The notes under the pieces were generated by a model. The model did not search any database and was not told where the DNA came from. It was given only the letters and a program-made list of their open reading frames with translations. A program made the translations under genes and the position numbers. 64,000 nt of DNA from an uncultured bacterium (lineage in GTDB: Bacteria; JACRDZ01), in the NCBI GenBank assembly GCA_964457585.1, contig CAYWFU010000003.1, forward strand, positions 5,500 to 69,499. The letters are read 5' to 3'. The first letter of the stretch is position 1. Every line of letters begins with the position of its first letter. Of this stretch, positions 59,171 through 64,000 are shown piece after piece.

Positions 59171-62100
59171 ATGAAAAACATTAAAAAAATAGGACTTGCA
59201 TTAATTTTAATAAGTTCAATATTAATTACAGTATTAATCTGGATGCAGGATAAAGCTATTTCAATGATTCCAGGTACACCTCATGATTTTAACAATCGTA
59301 ATTTAATTGCATGTTTAGGCTGTCATAGCTTCCATTTTTCTGAACAAGGGATGGCAGGAATAGATTCTTCAAGAGTATTCTGGCCTGGAAAAGTTCTTGA
59401 TACAGATTCAGAAAAAACAATACAAACTGTATGCTGGGGTTGTCACGGACCAGGCGGAGTACCTGATGGAGTAACAGCATTTCAACAGCAAGGCTGGACA
59501 AAAGGGCAGAATTGCAAAAAATGTCATACTTCAGGTGAAATTGCTGTTTTTGAGCAGCTAGGTTTTAATACAACTTTTGTTCCTCCCAATATTAAAGATA
59601 AATTTTTAAGAACATATTCTCACCATCCGATTGACACAGATTCTACTATAGGTTTATTAGGTAATACTAATCATAGTTGTATAGGATGTCATACACCTCA
59701 TGGAGCATGGGATTCGGGATATACTTATTATGGGAAAAAAGATACATATCCTTATCCAAAGCTATTGCGCGTAAAAGTTACAGATACAAGTTCAGCGCGA
59801 GGTTATAGAGGTTATGTATTTGGAACAGAAAAGTTCTGTTTTACCTGTCATGATTTATTATTTCCTAATATGAAAGATCCTGCAAACATAGCTTTTTGTT
59901 CAAATCCATCCTGTCATATAACAGGACAACCTTCAATCAGTGATCTGGGAAATGGATATTATAACTCTTCGCATGTATATAAATATACATCGCATACAGA
60001 AAGAGATATGACAAATGATTTTACAGATAGCCCGACTTATGAAGTTGGTCCAACCTTAACTCAACAATATATGTGGCATAAGAAAAGAAGAAGAAGTGAT
60101 TATTATCTGGGCAGTGCGCATAAGTTTATGAATCGGCTAAACAATCCATATAGATCAGGCATACGAACAGATGGGAAGATAGATTCAAGCGATATTTCAT
60201 GTTTAATATGTCATGAAATACATGGCGGCAGCAAAGATCCTAGAAGTAATAATTTGATGCGCGGAATAGAAACGCCGGATGGATATAAAGCATATTCACA
60301 AAATACATTATGTTATCAATGTCATGATGCTCAATGGCATTATGACTCTATAGTAGTAAATCCTAATTTTACATATCGTTATTACCGCTGGCAGACAACT
60401 GGTCAGGCGTCAGGGACATATGGTACGGATTATATAATACCATTATCCCCAAAACCTCATCGTGCGGATAAAGCAGGAAATAGAAAAGGGCATGGCGCTC
60501 AATTAGTAATAGATTATATAAAAGGGCAGACTTCTGATACTGCCGGAATAATATTTTCTGAAGGTGTACCTTGCTCAAAATGTCATGAACCTCATGGTAC
60601 AGGACAGGAAAAAATGATTAAAGTTATTACTCAGGATGTTCATCGAAATGAAGATGACGGTCCAAGCACAGGACATCCAACAGGCGGACTTTATATTACC
60701 ACACGTATTTATCCAAATTATTCAACAGTTTCAGTAAACAAATATAACACTACTTTTTTTAATAATTTTTGTTATGGATGTCATACTTCACCAGCTTTTT
60801 CAACAGTTGCTGTATATTCTGATGCTGGTCCAACTTATATTGATTGGAAAACAGGAAGTGCTGCTACTGGTTTATTTTATTCTGGTAAAAGTAAATTCGA
60901 TTCCAGCAGTCATAAAAATGCTAAAAATATTTATGAAAGTATGTTCGGCAGACCTTCCGCAGGTTGCCGTGCATGTCATGAACCTCATGGTACAGATTAT
61001 CCGGCAACAACATTAAAATTTGAAGAAAAATTGTGTTTTGATTGTCATCAATATGGAATAAGCAATCATAAAATAAGTTTTAAAGAATTATATGAAAGTG
61101 TTAGTGCAATTATGGAAAGGTCTGATCGTAAAGCAGGTTCAATGCATACTGTTTTTGATAGTTTTCAGACAGGATTCCTGACAGGTCCTGTAAATAGAAA
61201 AGTGGAATGTACAAACTGTCATAATACACATACTGCAAATCGACAATATCCATTAATGGATCCTGATTCACCAAAAGATATATTTAATACAACAACATTG
61301 CGAAGTGCTAATTCATTCTGCTTCAAATGTCATGGTGGAGATAGAGCAAATCCATATGTGCAAGGAGCCGGAGCAATTCCCTTTCCGGGTTATCGTCTAT
61401 TTGGTTATAAATATGGAGATACGCTTTCAATAGCAAAAATAACACAAGCAGGTACCCCTGATATCAGATTACGTGATATTACTCAGCAAAATGCTGGAGC
61501 ATGGGGTTATCTTTATAATAATCCATCGTTTGGTCAAGGTAGAGGAGATAGCGATAACAATTATGGACATCTAACAATAGATGCTACAGCTTTAGATGGT
61601 ATTGAGGGTATAGGAGAACCAAATAAGATTCTTTGTATTGATTGTCATGAAATACACGCATCATCTAATATAAGATTAATTAAAGATGTCCCATTCCGTT
61701 ATTCACGCAACCCATTTGGTGCTGCAACCATGAATTATGGTTATGATTCAACATCAGATTCAACAGTTACACGAGCCTTCTGTTTTTCATGCCATGTATT
61801 TGGAGTTAATGAGGGCGGTTCAGGAAGTATTGTATACTATTACAATAACGCAAAAAAAGTTGATCCATATAAATCAGCAAAAGGATATATAATCAGTACT
61901 CCAAACAATGACACAACAGGATATGGAGGAATTAAAAAAGGCGGATGGCTTGCCAGAGAATTAAGCAGACCATCAGTAGGTACTGGTTATGTTCTTCAGC
62001 ATGAAACAACAGGTCAGGTTAAGGATTGGTTGTGTATAAACTGTCATTTACCTCATAATCCAAGACCTGTTTATACAAGCAGATGCCTCACAGATGGCAG

Positions 62101-64000
62101 GGAAAATGATATTGGTTATAGAGGCTGTCATAGCAGTACTGATGCGGTAACTCAAGGTCCTACTGGTAATCCATACAGCAGTACTTATAATGAATTTTTT
62201 GCTCCCCAATTTATTTCGCAGCATTCTGTGAAATATGATACAACCGGACAATCAAGCCTTGGTTCATATGGTTCTTATATTGATAATGAATGCGCTAAAT
62301 GTCATGCAGTTGGTTCATTATATGATAATTTAGGTGCAGGTGCTGGTACTAATTATGGACATAATAATCATGGTATAAATTATAATTCAATAATTTCATC
62401 ACGGGGCGCATCCCCAGTTGTTCGTGATGCAAATGCAAAAAATAATTTTATATTTTATGGATTTAAAGAATTTTTAAAACCTTTTGAAGTTAATTATACT
62501 TATAGTAATGAATTTTGTCTGGATTGTCATAGTAATGCCAAGTATGATGATCATGATGCATTTCCTTATACTTATGGCGCTCCTCCTGGTGGAAGTTTGG
62601 CTTCAGAAACTAATACAGACCCAGAATGGCCAAAATTTTCAGGTCCAAAAGCAAGTATAGATACAAATGGTGATGGGCTTATAGATAAAAATTCCATGTA
62701 TGCTTCTGAATTAATTAGCGGTTATGAAAGACAATATGGAACAACATATCGTGTAATATATAGATTGGACAAAGCATGGTCCTATTATGGCGGGGGTCAT
62801 GGAAATAAAGTATGGGAAAGTACAAAAGAAATGAAATCCTTTATTGGTGAAGGTAATATCCGCAGTGATACGACAACATTTGATAAAGTGTCTACATGGG
62901 ATGAGGATATACTTGATGTCCCGGGCGGCAAAGGCGTACTATGCTTTGATTGTCATGAACAGCATGGATCACGTTTGCCAAAAAATTTAAGAATAATTGA
63001 AACATCATCAATAAAAATAAATAGAATAATTGGAATGAATAATGAGTATTTCTGCTATCAATGCCATGCAACACGATTTGACAATAATCGCCTGCCTTTA
63101 TGGCCTGGTGAAATGATTTATGAATCCAGTGTTCATGGTTATGGTATTCAATATGATGGAGGCGTTCCTGCTCCAAGCGGTGGTGCATGGGATTCAACAC
63201 TTCATGGAAATAGAGGTCCTGCAGCAACAAATATTGCCAAAGGTACATGTACAAACTGCCATGACCCTCATGGAAAAGGCTGGCGTGATGATAATTTAGA
63301 TGGAAGAGCTGATTCAACCTATCCATCAATGTTAGAGGAACCGGAAGAAAGAGTATGCTATATCTGTCATTCAAATAAAAATACTCCAGCACCAAATTTA
63401 TGGACAGGATTGGGTTATAAAACAGTTGTTGAAGTTCAAAATGCATTCCCTGGTAAAAATCGCGCTAAAAATATGAAAATTCAGTTTGACATGCCGCAAT
63501 ACTATAATACTGCCAGCGCTCATAATATATATAATAATGATACATCAAAAATAGAATGTACAGATTGTCATAACCCGCATTCAATGAAACGAAAGAATAA
63601 GATTGTTGCCTGGGGTGAGTCAACAGTTATGTCAAATTTAAGCAAAAATTACTGGAATCTGGATATAGATTCTACTGCGCGTGCAGTAGGTTTCTGTATA
63701 CAATGTCATGGTAATGACACAAATAGCGATGGATATCCTGATTCTACAGGTGCATGGGGTCCAAGGATAGCAATAGCTCGCAATGATTTGCGTCCGGTAA
63801 ATAAAAGAGTTAAATTCTGGAATGTGTTTAGAGGCGGAGTTGCTCAATGGGTATGGGATAAATCAACTCATGGCAATGTAGCTCAGGGTAATTTATCACG
63901 TCGAAAATATCAGGGGACTAATGGTGTATATCCGGGTCCAGATGGAGAACCAGGTTATAATTGGGGTGCAGTAGCGGAAATTTTCTGTATATACTGTCAT
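59171..64000 (+). CDS. Giant multiheme c-type cytochrome, 3'-partial (more than 1610 aa in window; at least 25 CxxCH sites)
   Basis: My own translation from ATG 59171 (MKNIKKIGLALILISSILITVLIW…) runs open in-frame to the window end (…FCIYCH). Manual count of 25 CxxCH motifs plus a CSNPSCH variant. An in-frame ATG at 59120 is an alternative start. Confidence 0.8.
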   Translation, partial: MKNIKKIGLALILISSILITVLIWMQDKAISMIPGTPHDFNNRNLIACLGCHSFHFSEQGMAGIDSSRVFWPGKVLDTDSEKTIQTVCWGCHGPGGVPDGVTAFQQQGWTKGQNCKKCHTSGEIAVFEQLGFNTTFVPPNIKDKFLRTYSHHPIDTDSTIGLLGNTNHSCIGCHTPHGAWDSGYTYYGKKDTYPYPKLLRVKVTDTSSARGYRGYVFGTEKFCFTCHDLLFPNMKDPANIAFCSNPSCHITGQPSISDLGNGYYNSSHVYKYTSHTERDMTNDFTDSPTYEVGPTLTQQYMWHKKRRRSDYYLGSAHKFMNRLNNPYRSGIRTDGKIDSSDISCLICHEIHGGSKDPRSNNLMRGIETPDGYKAYSQNTLCYQCHDAQWHYDSIVVNPNFTYRYYRWQTTGQASGTYGTDYIIPLSPKPHRADKAGNRKGHGAQLVIDYIKGQTSDTAGIIFSEGVPCSKCHEPHGTGQEKMIKVITQDVHRNEDDGPSTGHPTGGLYITTRIYPNYSTVSVNKYNTTFFNNFCYGCHTSPAFSTVAVYSDAGPTYIDWKTGSAATGLFYSGKSKFDSSSHKNAKNIYESMFGRPSAGCRACHEPHGTDYPATTLKFEEKLCFDCHQYGISNHKISFKELYESVSAIMERSDRKAGSMHTVFDSFQTGFLTGPVNRKVECTNCHNTHTANRQYPLMDPDSPKDIFNTTTLRSANSFCFKCHGGDRANPYVQGAGAIPFPGYRLFGYKYGDTLSIAKITQAGTPDIRLRDITQQNAGAWGYLYNNPSFGQGRGDSDNNYGHLTIDATALDGIEGIGEPNKILCIDCHEIHASSNIRLIKDVPFRYSRNPFGAATMNYGYDSTSDSTVTRAFCFSCHVFGVNEGGSGSIVYYYNNAKKVDPYKSAKGYIISTPNNDTTGYGGIKKGGWLARELSRPSVGTGYVLQHETTGQVKDWLCINCHLPHNPRPVYTSRCLTDGRENDIGYRGCHSSTDAVTQGPTGNPYSSTYNEFFAPQFISQHSVKYDTTGQSSLGSYGSYIDNECAKCHAVGSLYDNLGAGAGTNYGHNNHGINYNSIISSRGASPVVRDANAKNNFIFYGFKEFLKPFEVNYTYSNEFCLDCHSNAKYDDHDAFPYTYGAPPGGSLASETNTDPEWPKFSGPKASIDTNGDGLIDKNSMYASELISGYERQYGTTYRVIYRLDKAWSYYGGGHGNKVWESTKEMKSFIGEGNIRSDTTTFDKVSTWDEDILDVPGGKGVLCFDCHEQHGSRLPKNLRIIETSSIKINRIIGMNNEYFCYQCHATRFDNNRLPLWPGEMIYESSVHGYGIQYDGGVPAPSGGAWDSTLHGNRGPAATNIAKGTCTNCHDPHGKGWRDDNLDGRADSTYPSMLEEPEERVCYICHSNKNTPAPNLWTGLGYKTVVEVQNAFPGKNRAKNMKIQFDMPQYYNTASAHNIYNNDTSKIECTDCHNPHSMKRKNKIVAWGESTVMSNLSKNYWNLDIDSTARAVGFCIQCHGNDTNSDGYPDSTGAWGPRIAIARNDLRPVNKRVKFWNVFRGGVAQWVWDKSTHGNVAQGNLSRRKYQGTNGVYPGPDGEPGYNWGAVAEIFCIYCH

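Overview
AT-rich window (roughly 30% GC by eye) from a diderm bacterium: BamA, LptD and LolCDE are all present. I do not recognise the taxon. The first ~45 kb is mostly minus-strand housekeeping genes: radC, recG, a CDF transporter, a pseudouridine synthase, the hemC-hemA-ccsA-like-sirC heme operon, a dciA-like gene, bamA, clpC-mcsB-mcsA, ilvE, lolDE, lysS, lptD, folC, accD and a plus-strand trpBA. It also holds one tRNA-Ser(UGA), a Y1 (IS200/RAYT-like) transposase gene and several families of short palindromic MITE/REP-like repeats. The last ~19 kb (45.5-64 kb) is an accessory-looking cluster of four giant multiheme c-type cytochromes, with about 15, 25, 14 and at least 25 CxxCH sites by manual count. 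An NHL beta-propeller protein, a small coiled-coil protein and a 1602-aa beta-helix/Ig-repeat surface protein sit with them. A perfect 28-bp palindrome (GTAGAGACGCAAAATTTTGCGTCTCTAC) lies in the 5' leader of this cluster. It recurs with one mismatch in the leader of a 2x[4Fe-4S] ferredoxin gene 13 kb away, which suggests a shared, uncharacterised regulatory element. Other notable items are heptanucleotide (GAAGRCA) tandem repeats inside two coding sequences (the dciA-like gene and the giant surface protein), a 26-bp inverted-repeat-flanked 1.5-kb insert next to the tRNA, and a truncated, frameshifted SDR pseudogene. All calls rest on reading the translations and sequence by eye; no database search was run.
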